From a virus (lineage: Duplodnaviria > Caudoviricetes), in IMG/VR virus record IMGVR_UViG_3300045996_001835, positions 1-51,544 of that record: 51,544 bases of DNA; one strand, 5' to 3'. The position numbers and the translations under genes are program-made. Of the stretch, positions 29,323-40,153 are shown one piece after another (position 1 is the first letter of the stretch; every line of letters starts with the position of its first letter). The notes beneath the pieces are model-generated. The model saw nothing but the letters and a program-made list of their open reading frames with translations, was not told the DNA's origin and did not search any database.

Positions 29323-31222
29323 ATGATGGCGGATAACACCAATACCCAGGCAGATGCCGAAGCTAAAGCGAAAGCCGAAGCGCAGGATAAGGCCGAAAAG
29401 CAATCAAAGGCCGAAGCCAAGGGAAAGATTGAGGCTGAACTAAAGCGGCCAGATCGCTACATTGTTGACAACAACATTGTTGATCCTGACGGCAAGGTCA
29501 TTATGCCTCTTACTGAAAAGTAAGCCTCTGGGCCGCGCGATAACATCAACCGGCCCTTATTCTCATGCCCACCTACCCCTTCCAACTTCCCACCGCTGCC
29601 AGTGTCCGCCAGGAGGCCGATCTGCGACCCGAGCAAGTCAGTATCGAACTGGTGAGCGAGGCCGCACTAGAAGCCGACATCGGGCAGCGTATCACCCGTA
29701 AGGCGGCACTGGTGGCCGGGAAGTTGGCGAGGGCATCGTCGCCGTTTGTGTGGCCCTTTTCCGACGCCGCAATGGCTATAGCCTATCCCGACTATGACTC
29801 AGACCAGATCGAGGCAGAGCTGGATACGCAGAAGGAGTTAGCCACTCAGGCAGTGTCGCTGTATACGCAGGAATCGTTGTATCGTTCTGCGAGGCAGTGG
29901 GACCAGGTGAATGCTGTCAAGGCCGAAATTGAGGAGTTGATGGGTGGCCTCATAGAATCCATCAGCTTTGTGACCGGCATGCAGCCAAGCGATGCGCCGA
30001 GCAACGGCGTGGCGGTCTGGACCATCGGCACCGGTGACAGCTACGATTGCGACGAATATTCAAGCTCATGCTAGATATCAGAATCGACATGTCAAGCCTT
30101 AATGATCTCGTTAGCCGCTACGAGAATCGCTCTCCGGCGGCTGTTGAGGCGGGCTTGGATGCGACGGCGAATCTGGCACTGAGGGCGAAGAAACGCGAAA
30201 TCGACAAGACCTATCGGCGTCCGATACCGCGTTCCGCGACTGGCAAGCCAAAATGGACCCGCAAGGGCACCAATGGCGGCTGGGCAGGGGAACAGAGTAT
30301 TGAGAAGCGGCAGGGCGAGCGCACCATTACGACGACCGGGGAACCGGCGAAGTACGAGGGGCGGTTGGCTAGGCTTCCGACTGGTGCCGATGGCGTGAAT
30401 CGGTCTAATCCGGCAGCGGATAGGGCTGCTCAAATCACTGAGCCGCAGGCATTGGCAGTTTTCGAGGATGCGTTTCGCAGGGAGTTAGGGCTGTAATGTT
30501 GACAAGTGCTGACGAAGGACTCGTTTACATTCAGGCGTTCCTCCAGGGGCAGTTGAGTGATTCGACTGACTTCGCTAAATGGAACGGCGCCGACTCCATT
30601 CTCGCGCGCAATGAGCCAACAGAAGCCGACCGGGCCGGGAGGCCGTATTGCGTGTTCTCGCTCCGCAGCGACGAATCTGCTGACGAATGGGGTCATAGTG
30701 CGAGGCGAGCCCAAGTCCTGGCCGAATGCAAGGCAACGGACTCTAACGGTGGCCGGATAGGGGAGGCGAATGAAGTAGGCAGTCAAAAGCTCCTCTCAGA
30801 CGCCCTAATAGCGGCCATTGAGGACAACTACAACACATTTAACGAGGCGGGTTTGTGGGGGATAGAGGTAGCTGGACCAGTGGAACGCATTGACGCACCC
30901 TCAGGGTATCCGGTCTATGTCTCGTCTCACACGATCACGTTTTTTTACGAACGATAGGAGCAATCCAATGGCGAGAGTCAAGGTCAACATAAAGCGCCAC
31001 ATCGAAATCAACGGCAAGCAGTACGATGCCGGTGAGTATTTTGTCAGTGAGGAAACTGCTACCAAAATGCGAGAAGACGATGTGAAGCGCGAGGGCCGCA
31101 TCACGTTTCCCGATGAAGTTATCGAGGAACGAGAAAAGGCCAAAGAGAGCAAAGGGAAGAAGGCTGACGCGCCGGTGGCTCCGGAAGCACCTTCCATCAA
31201 CGCACTTCCGGAGGTTAAATAA
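29323..31222 (+). other. Head-tail joining genes (29323-29523, 29565-30074, 30068-30496, 30496-30957, 30968-31222)
   Basis: Sizes and order between capsid and tail tube fit adaptor, neck and terminator roles. Confidence 0.7.
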
Positions 31223-31605
31223 TGGCACTAACCACACCTAGAATCATTGGGCCACAGCTCGCAGTAACGGCGGATGGCGGAAAGACCATCTGGGACACGA
31301 TCAGCCTTAACCTGACCAAGAATAAGGTTGATGCCACTGCATCCGACTCGACGCTTGAAGAAGGCGTGTTTACCAATAAGAAGCTGACCGGCACCATCTC
31401 GGGATGGCTGGGTAGCGTGAACAACGGCGGCACATTGCCGGATGTTGGAGACACTATCAGCGATCTTGCGGTGGCTGTCGGTGCCGACACCGTTCTGCCT
31501 TCACTCACGGCATACACCAACATCAAAGTTACTAATACCAAATACGATTTTAGCGCCGGACCGGCTAAATGGTCATTCGACTTTGAGAGCGGGATGCTCA
31601 ACTAA
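31222..31605 (+). CDS. Tail tube protein (probable)
   Basis: 127 aa, beta-rich, ends WSFDFESG; precedes chaperone and tape measure genes. Confidence 0.65.
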   Translation: MALTTPRIIGPQLAVTADGGKTIWDTISLNLTKNKVDATASDSTLEEGVFTNKKLTGTISGWLGSVNNGGTLPDVGDTISDLAVAVGADTVLPSLTAYTNIKVTNTKYDFSAGPAKWSFDFESGMLN

Positions 31606-31682
31606 TCAGGCGACCGTCAGAGCGCGGCGTGCTCCCCTGTGCGCAAAGCGGCTGGCGGTCACAACAACTAACAGGGGGATGT

Positions 31683-32444
31683 ATGGTAGACGTTTCAAAC
31701 TTCGTCAGTGTGTACCACGATGACGCCGCAGAGAAAGCGGCGGAAGAGAAGCAGGCGGATAAGCCGCGCATTAGTTTCGTGCAGAACCCGGACGGCACAA
31801 CGACCGTGACGGGACCGGATGGCAGGCAGGCTACGTATCCGAACCCAGCGAAAGTTGTCGCAGAAAACAAGCAGGCGTCCTCAACAGGTGCCGCACTACT
31901 TGCTGAACTCCGCTCACGCCGCAGCAGCCTGATCGAGCCGCATGAAATCGAGGGACGCACATGGCATCTTCTCAAGATGGACTACGCCACGACCAACGAA
32001 ACGTATATGCGCGTCCGGGACTGGGGGGACGGTACGCTCGTTTTTAGCAGGCCGAAGGTCTTTACGGCGTTTGTGCGTGCCGTGATTCAGACAGGAGTGG
32101 TTAAGGGGCCAAACGACCCACAGCCGTTCTTTAACCCGGTGCCCTACATTATGCCGGACGCTTACGGCAATCCCACCGAGACTAGCGAACTCGAAGAGAT
32201 TATGAAAGAGCCGGAGATGGCTGAGACCATTGCTCAGTTATTCGATGCTATCACCGACCTCAACCCGACGCTCTGGACTCAAAAAAAAATAGCTATGGAA
32301 CTGGGCGAGAAGATATTGAACGGCGAAATCGAGATGCCGCCGATTTCGGGCGAGGAATCCTTGAAGTCCAACGACGCGCCACACTCTGCGCCCTCCGCCT
32401 CGGAGTCCTTCGAGAATACAGACGATGCGACCCCGCTACCCTGA
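31683..32444 (+). CDS. Tail assembly chaperone with -1 frameshift extension to 32551
   Basis: A9 run at 32281-32289; the -1 frame is open to TAG at 32549-32551. Confidence 0.75.
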   Translation: MVDVSNFVSVYHDDAAEKAAEEKQADKPRISFVQNPDGTTTVTGPDGRQATYPNPAKVVAENKQASSTGAALLAELRSRRSSLIEPHEIEGRTWHLLKMDYATTNETYMRVRDWGDGTLVFSRPKVFTAFVRAVIQTGVVKGPNDPQPFFNPVPYIMPDAYGNPTETSELEEIMKEPEMAETIAQLFDAITDLNPTLWTQKKIAMELGEKILNGEIEMPPISGEESLKSNDAPHSAPSASESFENTDDATPLP

Positions 32445-32547
32445 AAGACATCGCGCAGGGGCTTGATTTCTACTACGAGACATTTACCGACCCGTCCCTG
32501 AATCTGCAGCCGGTCATGCAATACACCACGCATGGAGGTGATAACGA

Positions 32548-34311
32548 ATAGCAACCCGCATTGACATCATCTTAGCGCTAATGGGCGGCAATAAAGTCCG
32601 CAGCGAACTCAAGGACACTGGCGACGCCGGTAAGAAAATGGGCAGCGACGTTGAAGGTGCGGGTCGCAAGATGGCCGGTGCCTTCGATGGTTTCCGTTCT
32701 TCCATTCGCGCCACCATGGCCGACTCCGAGAAATTGGGCGCGGTGATGGAGAAGTCGCGCAACTGGGGCGCAGGGCTCGCTGTGGCGGGTGCCGCTGGTA
32801 TGGCGCTGGGCAATTCGCTCGCGCGCGCCGCGCAGGAAGGCGAGAAGGCGCAGAAGATGATGGAAGCCATGCTGAACAAGCGTGGCGAGGGCGGGGCCAT
32901 CGAAGAAATGACGGGCTGGGCCGGGAAGCTGGCCGAAGAGGCCGCACTTGTTGACGACGACCCACTGAAAGAAGCCGCCGCGGGGCTCTTGGGCTTTGGC
33001 TTGAACGCTAAGCAAATTCAGGAGATAATGCCGGGACTCATTGGTCAATCACGGCTCTATGGACAGTCATTGGAGAGTGTTGCCGTTCAGTTCGGCAAGG
33101 CTTTTAGTAAAGGCAATGCCCAACAACTGGCGAAAGCTGGCGTAACTTTGGACCCCAAAGACCTAGATGCCCTTTCAAAAATTACGGATCACGCCGAGAA
33201 ACAGAGGAGAATGTTCGAGCTAGTTAAAGGCTCGATGGAACGGTATGCGTTGAGCATAACTCAGGGCATGAGCGAGGGCGAGATTGCGGCCAATCGGATG
33301 GCGCTGCAAGTTGATAATGTAATGACTTCGCTCGGGGTCGGTGCGTCCAAGGCGAAGGCGCAACTTGATTCGATGGGTGCCAAGATACTGGCGACAATTG
33401 GGGCGTCGGAAGGGTTCAATGAAACCGCCGGATATATCGAGTATATGGGCAGCACCGCGCTTACCGCGACCGGTTCAGTGCTTGGATTGGCGAGCCAGGT
33501 CGGCATGACTGCCCTCGGCTTAAAATCCATGGGTATCACCGGCGTCGCTTCCTTTACCGCGATTCGCACCGCCGCAATGAGCGCAGGTATTGCGATATGG
33601 GCGGCGCTTGCCCCGGTCCTGCCCCTCGTACTCGCCATCGCGGCAGTCATGGCAGCGATTACGGCCGCGCTGGTGTGGTTCCAGAACCGGAAGGCAAAGC
33701 AGGCGGAAGAGGAGGGCGATGTTTTCCTCCGTAAGAATTTCGACATGCAGAACGAGAGCCGCCGTAAAAAGGGCCAGAAGCTGCTGGACTGGGAGACGTA
33801 TAAGGGTGAGGAAAACGCCGACGATGACAGCGCGCCGCCAGATATTACATCGGCACTGGCCAAAGTCGAAGCGATGCAGAAGGCAGGACCGCAGGCTATG
33901 GCACCAGCGCAAGTGATGCCGGCCGTAGCCGCCGCCGCGGCGTCCCCAGCCATAGCAACTGAACCGGTAACAAAGTCGGCTGCCCTCATACCTTCTCTTG
34001 GCGCCATGTCGAACCAGGGCGGTCAAGCCGCACGCATTCAGGAGGCGATACGCAAGGGCGCGAAAATCACCGGCAACGAAGTCTATATCCCGGATGGTGT
34101 GCTGGAGTCGGACAGCGACGAAGATGCCCTGATTCGGGCGCTGTCGAAGAAAGGGAGCGGGAAGGCGGCAGGTGCTCGAAGAGGCGGGGCGCAGGAGGTG
34201 CGGGCCAAGCATAAAGTTGGTCAGGAGCCGAACGGCAGCTACCGGATTACCTTCGATGACATCATCATCCCGAACCCGCTGTCCCGCGGCCTGGCTGTGG
34301 CGAGGAGGTAG
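32548..34311 (+). CDS. Tape measure protein (probable ATA start at 32548; first ATG at 32581)
   Basis: Ala/Gly-rich helical sequence with transmembrane segments; GGAGGTGA SD upstream of the in-frame ATA. Confidence 0.85.
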   Translation: MATRIDIILALMGGNKVRSELKDTGDAGKKMGSDVEGAGRKMAGAFDGFRSSIRATMADSEKLGAVMEKSRNWGAGLAVAGAAGMALGNSLARAAQEGEKAQKMMEAMLNKRGEGGAIEEMTGWAGKLAEEAALVDDDPLKEAAAGLLGFGLNAKQIQEIMPGLIGQSRLYGQSLESVAVQFGKAFSKGNAQQLAKAGVTLDPKDLDALSKITDHAEKQRRMFELVKGSMERYALSITQGMSEGEIAANRMALQVDNVMTSLGVGASKAKAQLDSMGAKILATIGASEGFNETAGYIEYMGSTALTATGSVLGLASQVGMTALGLKSMGITGVASFTAIRTAAMSAGIAIWAALAPVLPLVLAIAAVMAAITAALVWFQNRKAKQAEEEGDVFLRKNFDMQNESRRKKGQKLLDWETYKGEENADDDSAPPDITSALAKVEAMQKAGPQAMAPAQVMPAVAAAAASPAIATEPVTKSAALIPSLGAMSNQGGQAARIQEAIRKGAKITGNEVYIPDGVLESDSDEDALIRALSKKGSGKAAGARRGGAQEVRAKHKVGQEPNGSYRITFDDIIIPNPLSRGLAVARR

Positions 34312-34313
34312 CT

Positions 34314-35615
34314 ATGCCCTCCATCACCGACTACATACCGATAGCCCTGGGGTTGCATTATGACCTTCAGGCAACAACCCGCATCGGTCTTGCGCAGGCC
34401 GGGGTGGGGCCGGGTTATTGGCTTATGAGAAGTGTGGCTACAGATAAGACCTCAGCTAACACTCGGCCGCCGGATACGACGACAGTGCAACTAGCCGGTG
34501 AAACCGCATTGCGAGTCCACCTGGACCCCGTAAGGCGGGCAGCTGGCGAGTTCACTTTATTCAACACGCCACCGATGCAGGACGGTGATTTTCGCACTCT
34601 CTCTTATTGGAAAACAGCATACGAGAGTCGGCTTGCCTATTTCGTCGCTACGCCATTCGAGCCCATCGAAATAGAGGCCATCGACCTCTATACATTCCAA
34701 TTCACATTACCGGCCATTCCGGGATCAGGGCATTTATCGACACCGGTTCAGGTGACATGGGAGGCGCAAGACACGACGCGGCTGGGAGATTGGGAGCAGA
34801 TCGGATCAGGCGACACGATCGTGCATGAGTTTGCGCAACCACGCGACGACTCATTCTCACACCTGGACGCCGACACCGCCTATTCGTATTATCAGCGACG
34901 AACCGGGAACGGGCTGCCTTCAACGTATTCAGCTTATCGAGTGCGGGCCACTATCAGCGACAACATGGGCGGTAGCGTCAAAGTTATTGCTTATGTCTCG
35001 ATTCAGGACCGCTTCCCTGTCAGGAGCTTTGTGACTCAGGGACTCGCCCCGCAGATGCCGAAGATTACAGTCAGTGAGGGCGGGACATTGACGTTGCGGT
35101 TGGGTGCCTTCACTCAAACATGGACCGGCTACAAGGGGCCGACCGCATGGCAAGGCAAAGACGGCCGGATTTACATGGGCGCACAGCGGCGCTCACCTGT
35201 CGATTCTTACAGTGACCGCACTTATGAAATATGGGTGAGTGCCGACCGTCTGAGAACGAAGGAGCTTATGGCTACTGTCTGGAATAGCGAGTATCGAGGC
35301 GGGGTGGTGGTGCCGCTGGGCAATGCCCTGGCCCCGAACGCCCTGGGCAGTGCGGCCATCAAATACCTGCCCTTACCCTCAGGTGTCTATTACAAGCTGT
35401 CGGTCAACGGCACCGACTGGAGCGCGGATGCGCCGGACGATGACGGGGCGCAACTGAGTTTCATGGTCAAGGTCGGCGAGTTGGACAGTGACAGTAAGGA
35501 ACCCTTGAGTCTGGTTAAGCGCGGCGGAGTGCTCGAAATCACGAACGGGGCAGGGACGAAGAAATGGCGCTCGCACGACCTGGGGCGCAACTGGGCACTG
35601 GTGCCTGAAACCTAA
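34314..35615 (+). CDS. Tail/baseplate protein
   Basis: Follows tape measure; beta-rich; WRSHDLGRNW Asp-box-like motif. Confidence 0.65.
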   Translation: MPSITDYIPIALGLHYDLQATTRIGLAQAGVGPGYWLMRSVATDKTSANTRPPDTTTVQLAGETALRVHLDPVRRAAGEFTLFNTPPMQDGDFRTLSYWKTAYESRLAYFVATPFEPIEIEAIDLYTFQFTLPAIPGSGHLSTPVQVTWEAQDTTRLGDWEQIGSGDTIVHEFAQPRDDSFSHLDADTAYSYYQRRTGNGLPSTYSAYRVRATISDNMGGSVKVIAYVSIQDRFPVRSFVTQGLAPQMPKITVSEGGTLTLRLGAFTQTWTGYKGPTAWQGKDGRIYMGAQRRSPVDSYSDRTYEIWVSADRLRTKELMATVWNSEYRGGVVVPLGNALAPNALGSAAIKYLPLPSGVYYKLSVNGTDWSADAPDDDGAQLSFMVKVGELDSDSKEPLSLVKRGGVLEITNGAGTKKWRSHDLGRNWALVPET

Positions 35616-37858
35616 TGGGATTATCTGTTCGCTTGGTTGTTAAAGGGTATGTGGGTGTTGTCGGACAACCGGCGCGCCATATCACGCTTTCATCGCAGGA
35701 CATTGTGACTGCATCCAAGCGCCGCCCTCTCTCGCTCGAAAATGTGCGCCCGATTCGCAAAGACGAAGAATCGATTGGGGCCACAATTATCAACCCGATA
35801 CTGTTGTTTCCGGACACCGCGAACCGCAAAGACGCCTGGGGTAGCGCGAATGGTAACACCAAATATAACGAGCACCCAAATATCGATACAGGCGGTTATG
35901 CCCTCGCGTGGGAAGATTGGGCAGGACAGGCACTCTTGATCAGCGATCCGGCCAAATATTTCATCGGCATCAATGAAGCCTTCACGGTTCGGGCGTTTCT
36001 TGAAAAGCCACCCGGCGAATACCCAATATGGTGCGCCCGTTGGAATGGCTGGCAATTTCAGATTATTGACGGCCGCGCTTATATTATGAAGCTGGCTCCG
36101 ACATGGAGCCAGTCGGCCGAAAACGCCCTGGTGGCGCTACAAGCCGTGGAAGAGCCAACGACGGACCAACTTGATACCATTAACGAGCTACGGGCCAGTC
36201 TCTACGCCATTATCGAGTCATTGGGTATCGAGCCTGGAGGCGACGGCTGGTATGGGACGGCCTGGACTCTGACGTTTTATGCGGAGCCGCGCGGGGCGGT
36301 AACGGTGTTTTTGGGCGAGGGTGCGAAGTGGCAGGAACAGACCATCGAGGTGCCGGACATCCTAAAGACGCGCAAGGCGGGCACGGCCTGGGGCAGCGGG
36401 CCGCTCACGCTCGCGAGTTCGGCCGGTACGTGGTCTGTGCAGGTAGGCTATCCGAGCCATGCGGTCAGGGGCCGTATCCTTGTCGGCGAATACAACCACC
36501 CTGCGACTCAGGACTGGCAGGCAGCGGCCAAGAACATCATGGCTGACACGCCAACCGGCACCACAGCGACTATCGATATCGAGGATGAACCGGGTGTAGG
36601 GCTGGAGGACGGCACCGAATACACCAACTCAAAAGTCTATGTCAGCCTGACAACCAGCAACCCGCGCCTGACGCCATTTTTCTATGGCTGCGACATTACA
36701 ATCGACCCGGAACCGTTGGGCGAGGTAGGGGAGACGCATCTGGACACGGGTGACATCGAGCTGGACGACAATCCAATGATGGACGCACAGACGCAGTTCG
36801 AGGGCGATATGCGGCGCTCGCAGTTTGCCCTGTCGCTACGAGACGTGAATGGCCGGACACAGGCATCGATTCTCCACCGCAACGAAGGGCTGGCAAACCA
36901 CTATTGTGGGCTCTATGTGGACGGCACTGTAGCGATGGCAATGGGCGTCATTCAAAAGGCGCAAATATCGAACGTGGCCAAATCGGAAGAGAACGTTGGC
37001 ACGGCAGCCATGCGCGGCGACACCCATCTCGAAGTTGAAGCATCCGACATGTGGTTCATCCTTGAAGAAACATTACTGGGTGACCGGGAAATAATCGGTG
37101 ACGATCAGTATGTGGGGGCGGTGATACGGCGCGGTCTGAAGCGGGCTGGGATACCGGAAGAGCATATGGCCGGCGTGTCGGCGACGGCAGGCGTCAAGCT
37201 GGATAAGGCGGCTTTTGGTGAGGACTGGGCGCACGCGAGTGCGGACGATCAGAGCGTGGCGGATTACTTGCGGGGCATCGTCGAGGAATACGGCGTGGGG
37301 TGGATTCTCTATCAGAACCATTTGACCGGCATCTGGACGTATGCCAAGCGCAGCACCTCCGTAGCGCAAACCAATGGCGTGGATGCAGCATTTACGAGCG
37401 GTAGGGCAGGGCAGTCGTCAACGACCTACCCGCACCGGCTGCGTGCCCTTGCTCCATTGGACCTTTTGCGGGATACATCGGACTTTTACAACTTCTTTCC
37501 AATCCACGGCACGGACAAGGGCGACGGCACCGCGATTGTACACCACGAGATTTTGTGGCAGTCGTTCACCGGGCCTGTCGGTAACTTGCAATCACGCACC
37601 TATATCGGGCGCTACAAGCCACATCCGAAGATTTACAAGAGCTCGATCAGGACGCAGGGCAGCGCGGCTATCGTGGGACGCTCGATGCGCTTGCGACAAG
37701 GACGTCCACCGCGCTTTCAAAGCTTCCAGACCTTCTATCACAAGGGGCTGTACCCCGGCGACCGGATAACAGTCGATAACATCCCCTGTGACATCGTGAC
37801 GCTTTCGGGGAGTGCAAAAGAGGACCGGATGCAGGTTACGGCGCGGGAGGTTGAGTAG
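35615..37858 (+). CDS. Tail tip/hub protein
   Basis: 747 aa; C-terminal LYPGDRITV typical of hub proteins. Confidence 0.7.
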   Translation: MGLSVRLVVKGYVGVVGQPARHITLSSQDIVTASKRRPLSLENVRPIRKDEESIGATIINPILLFPDTANRKDAWGSANGNTKYNEHPNIDTGGYALAWEDWAGQALLISDPAKYFIGINEAFTVRAFLEKPPGEYPIWCARWNGWQFQIIDGRAYIMKLAPTWSQSAENALVALQAVEEPTTDQLDTINELRASLYAIIESLGIEPGGDGWYGTAWTLTFYAEPRGAVTVFLGEGAKWQEQTIEVPDILKTRKAGTAWGSGPLTLASSAGTWSVQVGYPSHAVRGRILVGEYNHPATQDWQAAAKNIMADTPTGTTATIDIEDEPGVGLEDGTEYTNSKVYVSLTTSNPRLTPFFYGCDITIDPEPLGEVGETHLDTGDIELDDNPMMDAQTQFEGDMRRSQFALSLRDVNGRTQASILHRNEGLANHYCGLYVDGTVAMAMGVIQKAQISNVAKSEENVGTAAMRGDTHLEVEASDMWFILEETLLGDREIIGDDQYVGAVIRRGLKRAGIPEEHMAGVSATAGVKLDKAAFGEDWAHASADDQSVADYLRGIVEEYGVGWILYQNHLTGIWTYAKRSTSVAQTNGVDAAFTSGRAGQSSTTYPHRLRALAPLDLLRDTSDFYNFFPIHGTDKGDGTAIVHHEILWQSFTGPVGNLQSRTYIGRYKPHPKIYKSSIRTQGSAAIVGRSMRLRQGRPPRFQSFQTFYHKGLYPGDRITVDNIPCDIVTLSGSAKEDRMQVTAREVE

Positions 37859-38104
37859 ATGAGGGCACAGATTCAAGACCCGGTGCTGGAGGCTATCGAC
37901 CTGTCAGCGCAAGAGTCAGTTCGGCGGGTGCAGGCGATGGCGCGAGAGGGCGGGTTGAGTAGGAGGCCATCGGGGCAGCCGCCGATTACGTTCACCACTC
38001 CGGGGGAAGATGAAGACGGCAATATCTATACAATTCCGGTAGCGCTGACAGAACTTGATTCGACTGAAACAACCGGGATAATGACCTGGCCGGGGGATAT
38101 TTAA
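37859..38104 (+). CDS. Small tail-associated protein
   Basis: Coupled ORF between tail genes. Confidence 0.55.
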   Translation: MRAQIQDPVLEAIDLSAQESVRRVQAMAREGGLSRRPSGQPPITFTTPGEDEDGNIYTIPVALTELDSTETTGIMTWPGDI

Positions 38105-39786
38105 TGGCGACAGAACCTTATATTTGGGGTGGGGGCGACGCTACTCCTGACCCACTTACAAACGCGAAGCTAAACCAGACGACCACGCACTTTACGGAGC
38201 GAATTGACGCTGAGGCCGCAGTCTCCAACCTCTTCGCCCAGGACCCCGATACAACCACTGGTTTAGTCTTTGGGTATAAGGCGGGCAGGGTTGTCAACGA
38301 TAATGTGGCGACTGTCGTTGCCGCCGGGACCAAGGCGCTCACCGCTTCGACCATCAATTACATCGAACTTGACCTAGTAACTCCCGCGGTTCATAAGGTG
38401 ACTGGAGGTTTTACTTCTGGGCGCCGTCCACTGTTTCAGGTAACTACTAATGGTGGCGGTATCACTTCTGTAGACGATGTGCGCACGTGGGCCGATGCAG
38501 GGAGTGGGAGCACGGTCTATACGGCTGGTGACGGCCTGGCCGAAAGCGGCGGCGAGTTCAGCATTCCGGCTGATGCAGTGACCGATGAGATGCTTGGTGA
38601 ACGCACCATCGATGACTCTTTGGTGCCTGCCGATGATACTGACGAATTGAACCCCTTGCTCTCGGGTCTCGCCAATCGCATAAAAGCGGCAACCGGCGAA
38701 ACCAACTGGTATGATGCGCCTGACACCACCCTTGCGGCAGCAGCAACCCACATTGCCGACGCCTCCCCACACTCGGGCCATTTCGATGTGGACGGCTCGA
38801 AGCCGTTGACGGGTGATATGGATGCGGGTGGAAACCAACTCACCAACCTGGGCACACCTTCAGCCTCAACCGATGCGGTCACGAAAGAATATGCGGATGC
38901 CCTAGCCAACGGTGTGATTATCAAGCAGTCGGTCAAAGTCGCCACCACCGGCAATATCACGCTATCGGGTGAGCAATCTATAGATTCTGTTGCTGTTGTC
39001 GCCGGGGACCGGGTGTTGGTCAAGAATCAGGTCACGCAGAGCGCCAACGGCATCTATGTGGCCTCCGCTGGCGCGTGGTCGCGCGCTACGGACGCTGATG
39101 CCGATGCTGAGATGGAGGCGGGCGTTGCGACCTTCGTTGAATTTGGAACGACGCACGCGGGGCAGCGGTGGACGCTGATTACACCTTCGGTCGTGGTGGG
39201 CACGACGGCGCAGCAATGGACTCAAGATAGTAGTTTGGGGAGCGGGGAGAGTAACACGACCTCGAACACCGGCACCGGGGCACAGTTTGCCAAAGCTAAA
39301 TCAGGGGTCGACTTCCCATTCCGCACTCTTGTGGCCGGCAGTGACGCTGTGACGGTCACGCAAGGCACGGATGAGGTGGAGATTGATGTGGACCCGGCGG
39401 AGCTGGATTTGTCGGCGATGGGCGGGACTTTGGGGCCGACTCAGGGAGGGACCGGGCAAACCACCACGGCTCTCGGCGACCTTCTTTATGGCTCTGGCAC
39501 CAACACAATTGGCAAGCTGGCCGGGAACACCACGACGACTAAGAAGCTTTTGGCTCAGACCGGCAATGGCACTGTGAGTGCGGCTCCAGGGTGGGTAGCT
39601 CTGGCGGGATCAGATGTGCCTGTATTCGGTGGTTCTGGGGCGGGTCATGCGGCTGGAGCGGTGCCTGATCCGGGGAGTGTTTATAGTCCTTCCCTAATCT
39701 TGACCGCAAACGGGTGGCAGTTCGCTTCCAGCGTCCTCTCGACAGTTGCTACTGGCGACACCGTAGAACAATGGTTATTCATCTAA
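38104..39786 (+). CDS. Tail fibre protein
   Basis: DAVTKEYAD, KVATTGNITLSGEQSID...GDRVLVKNQ...NGIY, QGGTGQTT...GDLLY fibre motifs. Confidence 0.85.
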   Translation: MATEPYIWGGGDATPDPLTNAKLNQTTTHFTERIDAEAAVSNLFAQDPDTTTGLVFGYKAGRVVNDNVATVVAAGTKALTASTINYIELDLVTPAVHKVTGGFTSGRRPLFQVTTNGGGITSVDDVRTWADAGSGSTVYTAGDGLAESGGEFSIPADAVTDEMLGERTIDDSLVPADDTDELNPLLSGLANRIKAATGETNWYDAPDTTLAAAATHIADASPHSGHFDVDGSKPLTGDMDAGGNQLTNLGTPSASTDAVTKEYADALANGVIIKQSVKVATTGNITLSGEQSIDSVAVVAGDRVLVKNQVTQSANGIYVASAGAWSRATDADADAEMEAGVATFVEFGTTHAGQRWTLITPSVVVGTTAQQWTQDSSLGSGESNTTSNTGTGAQFAKAKSGVDFPFRTLVAGSDAVTVTQGTDEVEIDVDPAELDLSAMGGTLGPTQGGTGQTTTALGDLLYGSGTNTIGKLAGNTTTTKKLLAQTGNGTVSAAPGWVALAGSDVPVFGGSGAGHAAGAVPDPGSVYSPSLILTANGWQFASSVLSTVATGDTVEQWLFI

Positions 39787-39796
39787 AGGAATTACA

Positions 39797-40153
39797 ATGG
39801 CAATCCAACACGCAAAACTAGCTGATATTGCTTACGTCGCATCGAGCGCCGGGAGCGTTTACACGAATCCGGCATCCACGAAAAGCTTTTTAAAGGGCTT
39901 GATTCTATTCAACGGCAACACAACTACCGAGACTGTAAAGATTTACTGTGTTCCGGATAGCTCTGGTTCACTGGGCACAGCGGGAGTTGCGAACCAAGTA
40001 GCGGAACTGTCTGTAGCGACTAAAGAAACGGTCTACCTGCCACTGAACGTTGACGGCTTCCCACTCACGCTCACAGATACCAACGATGCAATATTTGCCA
40101 GCACCACAACGGCGTCTAAAGTAACTGTGATACCTATTGGAGATAAAGAATAA
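39797..40153 (+). CDS. Small virion-associated protein
   Basis: Beta-rich 118 aa after the fibre gene. Confidence 0.6.
   Translation: MAIQHAKLADIAYVASSAGSVYTNPASTKSFLKGLILFNGNTTTETVKIYCVPDSSGSLGTAGVANQVAELSVATKETVYLPLNVDGFPLTLTDTNDAIFASTTTASKVTVIPIGDKE

Noticed and set aside
33261-34212. Long antisense ORFs within the tape measure gene
   Set aside because: Typical shadow ORFs of GC-rich coding sequence; no motifs or RBS
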